A stretch of DNA of 63,612 nt, the filler included, from Chiloscyllium plagiosum (lineage: Eukaryota), in NCBI RefSeq assembly GCF_004010195.1. It is 4 parts of one record of this genome, joined end to end, with 100 filler letters (N's around TTAATTAATTAA, not from the genome) between each part and the next. Parts side by side here need not be neighbours in the genome. Positions count along the whole stretch, not along the records: positions 22,182 to 41,274 come from NC_057711.1; positions 41,375 to 61,913 come from NC_057711.1; 2 more parts are not named here. One strand, given 5' to 3'. Below the pieces are notes generated by a model, which was not told the origin of the DNA, made no database searches, and worked only from the letters and a program-made list of their open reading frames with translations. Both the position numbers and the translations under genes were made by a program. Within the stretch, counting starts at the first letter, position 1; the number at the start of each line of letters is the position of its first letter. Of this stretch, positions 38,147 to 51,490 are shown in pieces.

Positions 38147-38623
38147 TTTAAGGTTTAACATAAAACCGTCTAATGAGCTGGGAATGCCTTTGTATTCTGT
38201 TGCTTGGGTAGTCTGTCCAGTTTTCTTTGACGTTTCTATAGCAGTTTCATAAAATTGAGTAGCTTAATTGACTTTTGGGGAATGTTGAATCATTTGCATT
38301 GTTGTGGATCTGGTGTCACCTGCCAGATTGGCTAGTGTTGCCAGATTTCCTTCTATAAAAGTCACAAAACATGAGTTTTGTTACAATCTGGTAGTTTGCG
38401 GTGATTATTGTTGAGACTGGCTTTTTGTTAATTCGCCAAATATGGAATTTAAAATCCCTGACTGCCAGAACATGTCTCCAGAAGAAATCTGGTAACATGA
38501 CCACAGTGCTACAGTTCACTTAGTCCAAGACAAAAATCAATAAATTTGCAGAATGAGCATTTAATTAGCAAATGAAATTATTAGTAATGATATGGTAAAA
38601 CAATTAAGTTGATCACATCTTGT

Positions 38624-38949
38624 GGGCGGCACGGTGGCACAGTGGTTAGCACTGCTGCCTCACAGCGCCAGAGACCCGGGTTCAATTCCCGACTCAGGCG
38701 ACTGACTGTGTGGAGTTTGCACGTTCTCCCTGTGTCGGCGTGGGTTTCCTCCGGGTGCTCCGGTTTCCTCCCACAATCCAAAAATGTGCGGGTCAGGTGA
38801 ATTGGCCATGCTAAATTGCCCGTAGTGTTAGGTTAAAGGGGTAAATGTAGGGGTGTGGGTGGGTTGCGCTTCGGCGGGTCGGTGTGGACTTGTTGGGCCG
38901 AAGGGCCTGTTTCCACACTGTAAGTAATCTAATCTAAAAAATCTAATCT
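38624..38949 (+). mobile_element. Young tRNA-derived SINE (HE1/V-SINE type)
   Basis: gggcggcacggtggcacagtggttagc, box B gggttcaattcc, many CpGs, (aatct)n tail. Confidence 0.93.
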
Positions 38950-40853
38950 TATTTCAAAGGTAAGAACCTAAATAGGACAGAAGAGCAAATTAATCTGGAA
39001 CACAAACAGATAAATTGCTAATTGTAGCAATGGAGATAAATAAAACAATTTTTAAAAAAGCACATTAAGCAATGATATATATTTGTAAGGCTAAAATTGA
39101 AAAGTCCAGCAGTTATGCTAAACCTGTGTTGAATCTTGGTTTAGATCATACGTGTTTTTTGTCAAAGTTTGGATGCTTGTTTATATGCAAGCTTAAGATT
39201 TGCTGAAGAAATGCGTAAACGATTCAACAGAATCAGAAATATGGTGTTATCCCCATTGGAAAATAATGAACTGACTGGTCTCATTTGTCTTGGAAAGGTA
39301 AGGCTTAGGGGTGATCTAAAGGAGGTATTTAAAATTCTGAAAGGATTTGATAGTTGGCACAGTGAGTTGCAAAGAGCAAACTATAGTCACATAATAAGGA
39401 ATTCAGAAGAAACCTCTTTGCTTAAAGTGATGACAGTGTGGAACTTGCTACCACAGAAAGTTGATGAGGCAAATGGAAAAGATGCATTTGAGTGGAAACT
39501 AAATAAGAAAATGATAGAGAAGGGAATACTTTATTATGTTATTGGCAAGATAAAGGATAGGACTCTAGTATGGTCTAGTTAGATTTAATGGCATGTTTCA
39601 GTGTTGTATATTTTGTGTACTTATGTGAAATTAATTGTATCAACACACTCAATTCCAGGCAAAGTGCAGGAAGAAAGCCATTGAGCTCCCAGTAAAAGGG
39701 TAAGAAAGCTAGTTGGAAACCACAAATTGAATAAATTATAGGGGCTGACAAAATTTAAAAACTCCAAGATTCCAGGAAAGGATTAAAATATACAAAAGAT
39801 TTATAAGTGACCTTCACTTTAAAAGGAAATATAAAAGAAAATGCAGGAAATACTGTGGCAATGCAGGTAAATTAGCATCTGTGGAAAGAGAAACATTTCA
39901 TTTCTGGATTTTGACCTTTTCATTAGAATTTCCAAATGTTAGAGGTGGAACAAGGTTTATCTAGGTGCAGCAGCAGAAGGCAATGAGGGAAACAGGAAAA
40001 ATAGTAGGTGAAATACAAGAGTGTTGAAATAATGAAAGGGATTATGGTATAGGTGAAAGATGGTTGTAATGAGACAAGTAGCAAAACACAATATTGGCCC
40101 AAAAGAGCTATAAATAGCAATTGCAGTACCTTGGGGGTGAAAAAAATACTGGGAGTACTGGTTATGATCTGACCTGATTGAATTCACTGTTCAAGTCCAG
40201 ATGATTTTAAAGTACTGAATTGAAAGATGAGATGGTGTTCCTTCATGTTCTCTTGAGGTTCATTGGAACAGTACGTTATGTTCTTTTCCTTTTATTCATT
40301 CATGGAATAAGGGTGTCACTGGCTCGGCCACTATTTATTGGCTAATCTTAATTGTCCTTGATGATGGGGGTTAGCTGCCTTTTTGAACTGTTGTAATCTT
40401 GCCATGATGAGCCATTTACAGTGCTGTAAAGAACGAAGTGCCAGGATTTTTAACTCTGTGATGTTGAAGGAGCAGCAATATATTTTGAGTTTTGAGGCTC
40501 GGAGGTGAATTTCTAGATAGTAGTGTGCCAAACTATGTCTAATTCTTTGGTCCTTCTAGATGGTAAAGGTTGTGGGTTATCAAAGGCGCTATCAAAGGAA
40601 GCTGGATGAGTTGTTGCAGTGTATCCTGTATTTAGTATACACTGAGGAGAGTGAATGCTGATGATGGTGGATGGGATGCCAATAAAATGGATTCTTTGTC
40701 ACAGAGTGAACTTTGGGTTGTTGAAAGGGGATGAGAAAATGTTTGATGGAGGCTTCATATTGAAAGTGTCAAATATGGCAGAGTTTGATGTTTAGAATAT
40801 GGAGATTGGTAAGTAGCTAAGTGGATGGAACATCCTTATAGTAGGCATGATCA

Positions 40854-41274
40854 GGAAGAGACACAAGCCAGAGACACAGCCAGACAGAACGGATTCAGGA
40901 TGATCCAGGTAATGATTACAGACACACACAACAGACTACACAAATATAGACAAGAAATTGCACGCCAAAAATCGTTAATTTCAAAAACCACCAATCAGGA
41001 ATGGACCCAGACCATAGAACAGGCCGTCACCATAGGACAGAACAGGACCACACACCACAAAAAAATCGCACTAAAAGAAAAAATGGCCAAACTAACACAC
41101 AACAGAGAGGACACCACAACACATACCTGGGTTAGAAACCTCTCCCACAGACAGCTCACAGACATGGAAGGAACAATACTGGCCAAGGGACTCAACTATA
41201 ACCACAGGGACGCCAAGACAGCAGACTTCCTAGCAGCACTAGAATGCACACTCAGAAACAATGGACTGACAGAA
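40854..41274 (+). mobile_element. Penelope-like element N-terminal ORF region, cut by the linker gap
   Basis: WVRNLSHRQLT..E.TILAKGLNYN matches the N-terminal NLS...L.KGLNF pattern of PLE ORFs. Confidence 0.8.
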
Positions 41275-41374
41275 NNNNNNNNNNNNNNNNNNNNNNNNNN
41301 NNNNNNNNNNNNNNNNNNTTAATTAATTAANNNNNNNNNNNNNNNNNNNNNNNNNNNNNNNNNNNNNNNNNNNN
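41275..41374. other. Artificial join N44-TTAATTAATTAA-N44
   Basis: Same 100-nt spacer. Confidence 0.95.
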
Positions 41375-41765
41375 AGGAGTCCAAAGGCCTGCATATCCTT
41401 GGTGGAGTGGGAGGGGGAATTGAAATGTTGTGCTACAGGGTGGTTGGGTTGGTTGGTCCGGGTGTCCCAGAGGTGTTCTCTGAAACGCTCCGCAAGTAGC
41501 CTGCCTGTCTCCCCAATATGGAGGAGGCCACATCGGGTGCAGAGGATGCAATAGATGATATGTGTGGAGGTGCAGGTGAATCTGTGGCGGATATGGAAGT
41601 TTCCTTTGGGGCTTTGGAGGGAGGTGAGGGGGGAGGTGTGGGCGCAAGTCTTGCACCTCCTGCGGTTGCAGGGGAAGGTGCCGGAGTGGAGGTTGGGTTG
41701 GTGGGGGGTGTGGATCTGACGAGGGAGTCACGGAGGGAGTGGTCTTTACGGAATGCTGATAGACC
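41375..41765 (-). mobile_element. PLE family A GIY-YIG fragment
   Basis: SAFRKDHSLRDSLVRS... on the reverse strand, homologous to 31400-31790. Confidence 0.88.
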
Positions 41766-42534
41766 AGCTGTGATGAAATCATGAAGAATGAGACCAAAAT
41801 GTGGATCAATAACAAATTCCTCTTGGAGAAGTGCCATTATAATTGAACCATTTCTGCTAAACCTAACAGGCTGAGTCAGACTTTCAGACTGGAGGGTAAC
41901 TAAAACCTGACACATGGATGAATTCCAGGCCCTGATCCCACACTTCAAGTATGTTGTCTTGCCCTGCTATGCTGATGTTAACGCCTTCAACTGGCAGGAG
42001 GCAAGCTTGCCATCCCAATTTGAAAAACCAAACCTCTCCAGGGAGGTGGGAACTGCCTGTCTGGGTACTGCAGTTGTCTTGCTGATCCAGACTGGAGTGT
42101 GATGGTGACCTGATCATGTGATCATCAGATTACCCAAGGGCCCTGTAAATCTCTACAACAATAAGTTTCCCCTTACCCTGCAGCAAATATAGCTGCTTGG
42201 CACTGTTAGGATAGTAGCTGGATAGATGTCAGATGATGATTCTGACAGATGACTCTGCACCATAAAACTGCCTGGTATCATCATGCTAAAGATGATAAAT
42301 GGTTTGTGACTGTTAGAATGATGACAGCAGAAGGAGAGCATCAAGTAAATGTGCAACGTGAAATATACACGGGTGACACGTTCAACATTGCGTGTCGCAC
42401 ACCTGTCTGGTTGCTCAAGATGGTGACTCAGAAGTTGAAGGTAAATTGGAGAATCCATCTATTCTTAATTGTCTCTTTTCTCAAAAATTCTCAATTTTTT
42501 GGATCATTGTGGTGAGGGGGGAGCAGCCCTAAGT

Positions 42535-45500
42535 CATCATCCACATAGGCACCAATGACATAGTAGGAAGAAATGTGGGGATCTAAGGTAGAAATTCAGG
42601 GAGCTAGGGTGGAAGCTTAGAGCTAGAACAAACAGAGTTGTTATCTCTGGTTTGTTGCCCGTGCCACATGCTAGTGAAGTGAGGAGCAGGGAGAGAGTGG
42701 AGCTGAACACGTGGCTGCAGGGATGGTGTAGGAGGGATGGTTTTGGATTCTTGGATAATTGGAGCTCTTCCTGGGGAAGGTGGGACCTCTACAAACAGGT
42801 TGGTCTTCATCTGAACCAGAGGAGTACCAATATCATGGCGGGGATAGATTTGCTAACGCTCCTCAGGGGTTTAAACTAATGCAGCAGGGGGATGGGAATC
42901 TGAATTGTAGTTCCAGTGTAAAGGAGGTTGAGGGTAGTGAGGTCAGGGATCAGTTAACAAAGTCGCGAGAGGGAACTGGCAATCAGGATGTTGGTTTGAA
43001 ATGTGTGTACCTCAATGCCAGCAGCATCCAGAATAAGGTGGGTGAACTTGCAGCATGGGTTGGTTCCTGGGAATTTCAATGTTGTGACCATTTCAGAGAC
43101 ATGGCTAGAGGAGGGACAAGAATGGTCTGGGATTTAGATGTTTCAGTAAGAACAGAGAAGATGGTAAAAAGGGGGATGGGGAGTGGCATTGTTAATCAAG
43201 GGTTGTTTTACAGCAGCTGAGATCATGTTTGAAGACTTATCCACTGAGATAATTTGGACTGAGGTTAGAAACAGGAAAGGAGAGGTCACCCTGTGGTAGT
43301 TTTCTATAGGCCTCCAAATTGTTTCAGGGATGTAGAGGAAAGGATATCAAAGATGATTCTTGATAGGAGTGAGAGTAACAGGGTAGTTGTTATGGGCCAC
43401 TTTAACTTTGTCAATATTGACTGGGAATACAATAGTTCAAGAAGTTTAGATGGGTCAGTTTTTGTTCAATGTGTGCAGGTGGGTTTTCTGACACAGTATG
43501 TAGACAAGCCAACATAGGGCGATGCCATATTGGATTTGGTACTGAGGAATGAACTGAGTCAGGTGTTAGATTTGGAGGTACGTGAGCACTTTGGCGACAG
43601 TGACCACAATTTGGTTATGTTTATAATAACAATGGGCAGGGATAGGTATATAGTGCAGGGAAAGAGGTAAAACTGGGGGGAAAGCAATTATGATGCATTT
43701 AGGCAAGATTTAGGATGCATAGGATGGGGAAGGAAACTGCAGGGGATGGACATACTTGAAATGTGGAGCTTATTCAAGGAACAGCTACTGCGGATCCCTG
43801 ATAAATATATACCCATCATGCAGGGAGGTAGTTGCCGAGAGAGGGAGCCATAGTTTACTAAAGAAGTTGAAGCTCTTGCCAAGAGGAACAAGAAGGCGTG
43901 AGGGTGAGGCGTGAAGGCTCAGTTAGGGGGCTTGAGGGATATAAGTTAGCCAAAGAAAACGTGAAGGGAGGCTAAGGAGAGCCAGGAGGGAGATGAGATT
44001 TTATTGGTGGAAAGGATCAAGGAAAACTCTAAGGCCTTCCATAGATATATCAGGAATAAAAGAATGACTAGAGTTAGATTAGGGCCAATCAAAGATAGTA
44101 GTGGGAAGTTCTGTGTAGAATCTGAGGACATATAGGAAGTGCTTAATGAATACTTTTCATCAGTATTCACATTGGAAAAGGACAATGTTAGTGAGAATAC
44201 GGAGATACAGGCTACAAGATTAGATGGGAGTGAGGTGGACAAAGAGGAGGTTTTAGCAATTTTGGAAGATCTGAAAATAGACCCCTTGGCCAGATGGGAT
44301 TTATCCTCGGATTCTCTAGGATGCCAGATTGGAGGTTGCAGATCTTTATGTCATCGTTGTCGAAAGGAGTAGTGCTAGAAGACTGGAGGATAGAAAATGT
44401 TGTTCCTTTGTTTAAGAAGGGGAATCAGGACAACCCTGGTAATTAGAGACCAGTGAACCTTACTTCGGTTGTGGGTAAGATGTTGGAGAACGTTATAAGA
44501 GATAGGATTTATAATCAACTGGAGAGGAATAACTTGATTAGAAATAGTCAACATGGTTTTGTGAAGGGTAGGTCGTGCCTCAGTAACCTTATTGAGTTCT
44601 TTGAGAAGGTGACAAAACAGTTGGAAGAAGGTAAAGCAGTTGATGTGGTGTATATGGACTTTAGTAAGGTTTGGTTCAGACATTGGCTAGCTGAAAGAAG
44701 ACAGAGAGTGGTGGTTGATGGGAAGTGTTCATCCTGGAACTCAGTTATCAGTAGTGTGCCGTAAGGATCTGTCCACTGCTGTTTGTCATTTTTATAAATG
44801 ATCTGGAGGTGGGGGTAGAAAGATGGGGTAGTAAATTTGCAGATGACACTAAAGTAGGCAGAGTTGTGGATAGTGCCAAAAGATGTTGTGGGTTACAGAG
44901 GGACATAGATAAGATGCAGAGCTGAGCTGAGAAGTGGCAAATGGAGTTAAATGCAGAAAAGTGTGATGTAGTTCACTTCGGAAGAAGTAACAGGAATGCA
45001 GGGTACAGGGCTAATCGTAAAATTCTTGGCAATGTAGATGAAGAGAGATCTCAGTGTCCAGGTACATAACTCCCTAAATGTTGCCACCCAGGTTGATAGG
45101 GTTGTTAAGAAGGCATTTGATGTGTTGGTGTTTATTGGTAGGAGGATTGAGTTTCGGAGCCAATGGGGCCATACAAGACACTGGTAAGGCCGCACCTGGA
45201 GTATTGTGTGTAGTTCTGATCACCACATTATAGGAAGGATGTGGAAGCTTTCAGAGGGTTCAGAGCAGATTTACTAGGATGTTGCCTGATGTGGAAGGAA
45301 GATCTTATGAGGAAAGGCTGAGGGAACTGAGGCTGTTTTCATTGGAGAGAAGAAGGTTGAGAGGTGACTTAATCGAGACATACAAGATAATCAGAGGGTT
45401 AGATAGAGTGGACAGTGAGAGCCTTTTTCCTCGGATGGTGAAGGCTAACATGAAGGGACAGAGCTTTAAATTGAGGGGTGATAGATTTAGGACTGATATC

Positions 45501-45715
45501 AGGGATAGTTTCTTTAAACAGAGAGTAGTAGGGATGCAGAATGCGCTGCCTGCAACAGTAATAGACTCGCCAATGTTAAGGGCATTTAAATTGGCATACA
45601 TATGGATAATAATAGAATGGTGTAGGTTAGATGGGCATTAGATTAATTTCACAAGTCAGCGCAACAGTGAGGGCTGAAGGGCCTTTACTGCACTGTTATG
45701 TTCTATGTTCTATGT
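42535..45715 (+). mobile_element. CR1, ORF1 esterase end through ORF2 to 3' tail
   Basis: HIGTNDI, LNTWLQGWC..GF.FLDNW, APE and RT motifs, (gttctat)n tail. Confidence 0.92.
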
Positions 45716-46225
45716 TTTATGTCCCAAAGTGATGATAAGAGTTGTCAACAGTGCTATCAAGTAGTACTTAATCAATAATAATCTGCTCAAGCTGAGTTTG
45801 GGTTCCACCAGGCTCAACCAGCTACTGAGCTCATTACAGTCTTGGTTTGAGCATGGATGAAACAGCTGAATATAAAGAGGGGAAGTGGCACTGTCTTCCC
45901 TTGCTATCAAGGCAGCAGGGAGCTATAGCAAAGCTCTACTCAATGTTAATCGGGGAGAAGTTCTCTGCTGCTTAGGGTCACATTGAGCACAAATGAAGGT
46001 GGTTATGGAGATTAATCATCTCAGTCCAAGGACATCTAAGGTGTTCCTCAAGGTAGTGTCTTAGGCACAAACATTTTCAGCTGCTTTGTCAATTACCTTC
46101 ACTCTTGATGATCGCATAATGTTCATGAACATTTGTGACTCCTCAGATAATGAGACAGTTTGTATTCATACGCAGCAAGACCTGAATAACATTTAAACCT
46201 AGGCTAATAAGTGGCAAGTAACAGT

Positions 46226-46520
46226 TTAGATTACATTCCCTACGGTGTGGAAACAGGCCCTTTGGCCCAACCAGTCCACACTGACCCTCCAAAGAGTAAC
46301 CCACCCAGACCCATTTCCCTCTGACTAATGCATCTAACACTATGGGCAATTTAGCATGGCCAATTCACCTGACCTGCACGGCTTTGGACTGTGGGAGGAA
46401 ACCCACGCAGACACGGGGAGAATGTACAAACTCCACACAGACAGTCACCCAAGGCTGGAATCAAACCTGGGACCCTGGTGCTGCGAGGCAGCAGTGCTAA
46501 CCACTGAGCCATTGTGCCGC
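46226..46520 (-). mobile_element. tRNA-derived SINE (HE1/V-SINE type) inside an L2 fragment
   Basis: Reverse complement of the SINE at 38624; short cagtt duplication. Confidence 0.88.
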
Positions 46521-47224
46521 AGTTGTGCCACAAAAGTGCCAGATAATGACCATCTGCTATAAAGAAGACTCCAACCATCACCCTTGAGTTTCAATGACCT
46601 TATCACTCTGAATTCTCCCACTATCAACATCCTGGGCATTAACTTTGACCAGAAATGGACTAGCTATATTAATAGCGTGGATGCAAGAGCAGGTCAGAGG
46701 CTAGGAATTTTGTGATGAGGAATTTGCTTCATGACTCCCTAAAGTCTATTCACTATCGATAAGACACATGTCAGGAGTGTGATGGAATACAATGCACCTG
46801 TGTGGGTGATCGCAGCTCCAACAACACTCAAGACACATCACACCATCCAGGAAAAAGCAGTTTTTTGTTTGGCACCTCAACTAACACCTTCAGCATTCAC
46901 TCCACTCACTGCCAACAGTGGCAGCATTTTGTACCATCAATGAGATACACTGTAACAACTCAATGAGACTCCATAGACAGCACCTCTAAAATACACATAC
47001 TCTACTATGTGGAAGGACAAAGGCAGCAGATAAATGGAAACTTCACCTCCTGGCAATTCCTCTCCGAGATATATGCAGTTCTGACTTGGAAAAATATCAC
47101 TGTTGCTTCACTGTCACAGCGTCTAGTTCTTGGAACTTCCTCCTTAACAGTATCATTGATATATCTACATCACATAGACTGCTGCTGTTGCATAGTGGTA
47201 ATATCACTAGACTAGTAACTCTGA

Positions 47225-47442
47225 GGAGATAGTGGGGACTGCAGATGTTGGAGATCAGAGTTGAGAGTGGGATGCTGGAAAAGCACAGCAGGTCAGGTAA
47301 CATCTGAGGAGTAGGAGAATCAATGTTTAGGGCAAGAGCCCTTCATCAGGAATGCCTGCTGAAGGGCTCTTGCCCGAAATGTTGATTCTCCTGCTCCTCA
47401 GATGCTGCCTGACTTGTTGTACTTCTCCAGCACCACACTCTT
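47225..47442. mobile_element. Palindromic PLE family A terminal insertion
   Basis: Axis cccttcatcaggaatgcctgctgaaggg; TSD gactagtaactctga at 47210-47224 and 47443-47457. Confidence 0.87.
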
Positions 47443-47885
47443 GACTAGTAACTCTGATTCCCAGACTTCTGTTCTGTGGACATGAGTTATAATCCCACTG
47501 TTGTGAGCTTTCAATTCAATAAAAATATGGAATCAAAATGCTAGTCTAATGGCAACCATGAAATCAATGTCAGGGGGTCAGTTAGCTGGAGTTCAATTCT
47601 AGGACTGGTTGAGGCTATCATGAAGAACTCTCCTTCCTGACCTCACCCCTTGCCTGAAATGTGATAACCCTCAGGTTAAACCACCACCAGTTGTCTTTCT
47701 GATGAGAAAGCAGCCCTCTAAGACTATGGCGACTTTACACTTTTAATCAATGTCAATACTTTCAAATACCTATCTGTTCACTAATGTCCTTTAAGGAAGG
47801 AAACTTGATATTCTTATGATCACTCTGACCTACATGTGACTCCAGACCCATTACGGTGAGGTTGACTATTAACTGCTCTCTGAAA

Positions 47886-49818
47886 TAGAACATTACAGCA
47901 CAGTACAGGCCCTTTAGCCCTTGATGTTGCATCGACCTATGGAAGCAATCTGAAGCACATCTAACCTACACTATTCCATTCTTGTCCATATGCCTATTCA
48001 ATGACCATTTAAATGCCCTTAAAGTTGGCAAGTCTACTACTGTTGTAGACTGGGCATTCCATGCCCCACTACACTCTGAGTAAAGAAACTATCTCTGACA
48101 TCTGTATTGTATCTATCACCCCTCAATTTAAACCTATGTACCCTTGTGCTAACCATTGTAATCCAAGGAAAAAGGCTCTCACTGTCCAACCTATCTAACC
48201 CTCTGATTATCTTATATGTCTCAATTAAGTCACCTTCTTCTCTCTAACAAAAAGAGCCTCAAGTCCCTCAGCCTTTCCTTGAAAGACCTTCCCTCCATAC
48301 CAGGCAACATCCTAATAAATCTCTCTACCCTTTCCAAACTTTCCACATCCTTCCTATAATACGGTGACCAGAACTGTACACAATACTCCAAATGTGGCCA
48401 CACCAGAGTTTTGTACCTCATGGTTCCGAAACTCAATCCCTCTACCAAGAAGCGCTAGCACAGCGTATGCCTTCTTAACAACCCTATCAACCTAGGTGGC
48501 AACTTTCAAGGATTTATGTACCTTGACACTGAGGTCTCTCTGTTCATCTACCTCACCATTAGCCCAGTACTCTGTATTCCTGTTACTTCTTCCAAAGTGA
48601 ATCACATTATACTTTTTCGCATTAAACTCCATTTGCCACCTCTTAGCCCAGCTCTGCAGCTTATATATGTCTCTCTATAACCTACTATCCACAACTCTAC
48701 CGACCTTAGTGTCATCTGCAAATTTACAAACCCATCCTTATATGCCCTCATCCAGGTCATTTATAAAAGTGACAAACACTGTGGACCCAAAACTGATCCT
48801 TGTGGTACCACACTAGTAACTGAACTCCAGGATGAATATTTCCCATCAACCACCACCCTCTGTCTTCTTTCAGCTAGACAATTTCTGATCTAAACCGCTA
48901 AATCCCATGTATCAGTATTTTGTGCAATAGCCTACCATGGGGAACCTTATCAAATACCTCACTGAAATCCATATACACCACATCAACCGCTTTACTCCCA
49001 TCTACTTGTTTGGTCATCTTCTCAAAGAATTCAATAAGGCATATGAGGCACAATCTACCCTTCACAAAACTGTGTTGACTATCCCTAACCAACTTATTCC
49101 TCTCTAGATAATTATAAATCCTATCTCTTATAACCCTTTCCACACTTCACCCACAACCGAAGTAAGGCTCACAGGTTTATAATTTCCAAGGTTGCCTCTA
49201 TTCCCCCTCTTGAACAAGGGAATAACATTTGGTATCCTCCAGTCTTCTGGCACCATCCCTGTAGACAATGGTTACGTAAGGTTCAAAGCCAAAGGCTTGG
49301 CAATCTCCTGCCTGGCTTCCCAGATAATACTAGGATAAATCTCATCTGGCCCAGGGGACTTAGCAGCTCCTCCTTATACACCTCAACCGGTCTAGTCTAG
49401 CAACCTGTATCTCAGTATCCTCCTCGATCACATTGTCTTTTCTTAGTATGAATACTGACGAAAAGTATTCATTTAGCGCTTCCCCTATCTCCTCTGACTT
49501 CACGCACAACTTCCCACTGTTATGTTTGATTAGCCATAATCTTACTGTCGTGATTCCTTTATTCCTGATACACGGATAGAAAGCCTTAGGGTTTTTCTTG
49601 ATCCTATCCACCAATTACTTTTTGTGTCCCCTCCTGGCTCTTTTTAGCTCTCTCTTTAGGTCTTTTCTGGCTAAGTTATAACTCTCAAGCATCCTAACTG
49701 AGCCATCACATCTCATCCTAACATAAGCCATCTTCTTCCTCTTGACAAGAGATTCAACTTCTTTAGTAAACCATGGCTCCTGCACTTGACAATCTCCTCC
49801 CTGCCTGACCGGTACATA
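47886..49818 (-). mobile_element. CR1 ORF2 and 3' UTR, inserted into an L2-tailed SINE
   Basis: ORFs 48230.., 48898.., 49360.. with VYMDFS.VFDKVPH; the host SINE resumes at about 49823. Confidence 0.9.
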
Positions 49819-50639
49819 CTAGCAAATAGCCTAGCAAGCCACTCAATTGACGGACAATTAGGGATGGCAGTAAATGTTGGCCCACACAGTACTGACCACA
49901 TCCAATGAATTTGGAAAATTAGGGATCAACAATATATACTGGCCCAATCAGCAACACTCACATCCTGTTAATGAAAAGAGGGGTGTTTGGAGAAATGCAT
50001 TTGTAAGGATATGACTTGTGTTTAGAGAGATAAGCCATTAAAATTGACGAATGAAACATTTACCTTAAACAGGAATAAAAGCCAAATGTTCACCCTCATC
50101 CTCTCCAATGTGTAAAGAAGGTCTACAAGCTTTTCTTGTACCTGATCTTTAATAATTAGTTTGACGATGTCTGCATAGGTTTAGTTCAAACACATCCAAG
50201 GCAGCTGATCATGTAAGCCCTATATTGTAATTATATCTTACTGTCAACTGCAGGGAATCAACTGGACTGCTGAAATCACTAAAGGCAAAAAGTATTCAAA
50301 AGAGGGGTTTGAATTGCTGTTGAATTGAAACTATTCATATAATTAGCAATGAGATGTAACACAGCATTTAACAAAATGATCCATTGGCTAAAGAGCAGCT
50401 TATGTTTAACTGGTGTCCAAACAGGTCAGGCATATATTGGAACACAGGATCCAAATGTGCAGAGCTATCCAAAAGCATGTGAAAAGTTCTGAAAACTCTC
50501 TTTTCTGGCAATATTAAATTGGCTTTTTACATTTTTGACATTTATGCCATTGTTACATATGGGGAATAGAAGTGGGGCAAGTTTCCCTTTTCCTACCATC
50601 ATACAAAAGCTTTGCCTTTTCAACTTTTTCTTATAAGAC

Positions 50640-51490
50640 AACTAGAAATTAGTCTAGATACTAATCTAGTAAACCTTTTCTTAACTATTTCTAATGGATT
50701 TATAACCTTTCTTAATAAAGAGATTGATACCGTACACAATATCTAAGCTGTGATCTCACCAGTGCCCTGTACAGGTGCAGCACAAAATCCCTACTTTTCT
50801 ATTCAATTCTCTTCATAATAAATGAGAACATTCTATTAGATTTCCTAGTTACTTGCTGTTCCTTCACACTATCTTTTGTGATCATTTATCCTGACACCAA
50901 GATTGCTTTCTATCTCAGAGCTCAGCATTCTCTCACTGGTAAGTTAATATTTTTTATTCTTCCAATTAAAATGGACAATTGAACATTTTCTTATATTATA
51001 TTCTATTTGCCAGATCTTTGCCCAATCATTTTACCTATTTAAATCCCTTTGTAACCTCCTTTTGTTTCTCGACAATTTATGTTTCCATTTCGTAGTCATC
51101 ACGTTTAACTAACATACCTTCAGTCCTTAAATCGGAGTCACTTGTCGAAGTTGTAGAAAGTTGAGATCCGCAAGATCCCTGTGGCACACCACTCATTGCC
51201 AACAACTTGCCAACCAGAAAAATACGTGTTTATGCCTACTCTCTGTTTCCTGATATCTATCAATGCCAATGTGTTACCCCAAAATCACGAGTCCTTATTA
51301 TCCACAATAATTTTTGATGTGGCACCTTGTCAAATGCCTTTTGGAAGTCTAAATACAGTATGCCACCTGTTCCCTTTACCAAAGCACGTTCTAATTCTTC
51401 AAAGAACTACAATAAATTAGATAAAAATGATTTCCTTTAAACATGTGACTGCCTGATTACTTTGAATTTTTCTAAGTGTTCTGCTATCGT
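50640..51490 (-). mobile_element. Old CR1 RT fragment
   Basis: Reverse strand LYLDFQKAFDKVPHQ near 51315-51360. Confidence 0.7.

Noticed and set aside
38624..38700. tRNA gene
   Set aside because: Box A/B head continues into a SINE body and tail; no full cloverleaf.
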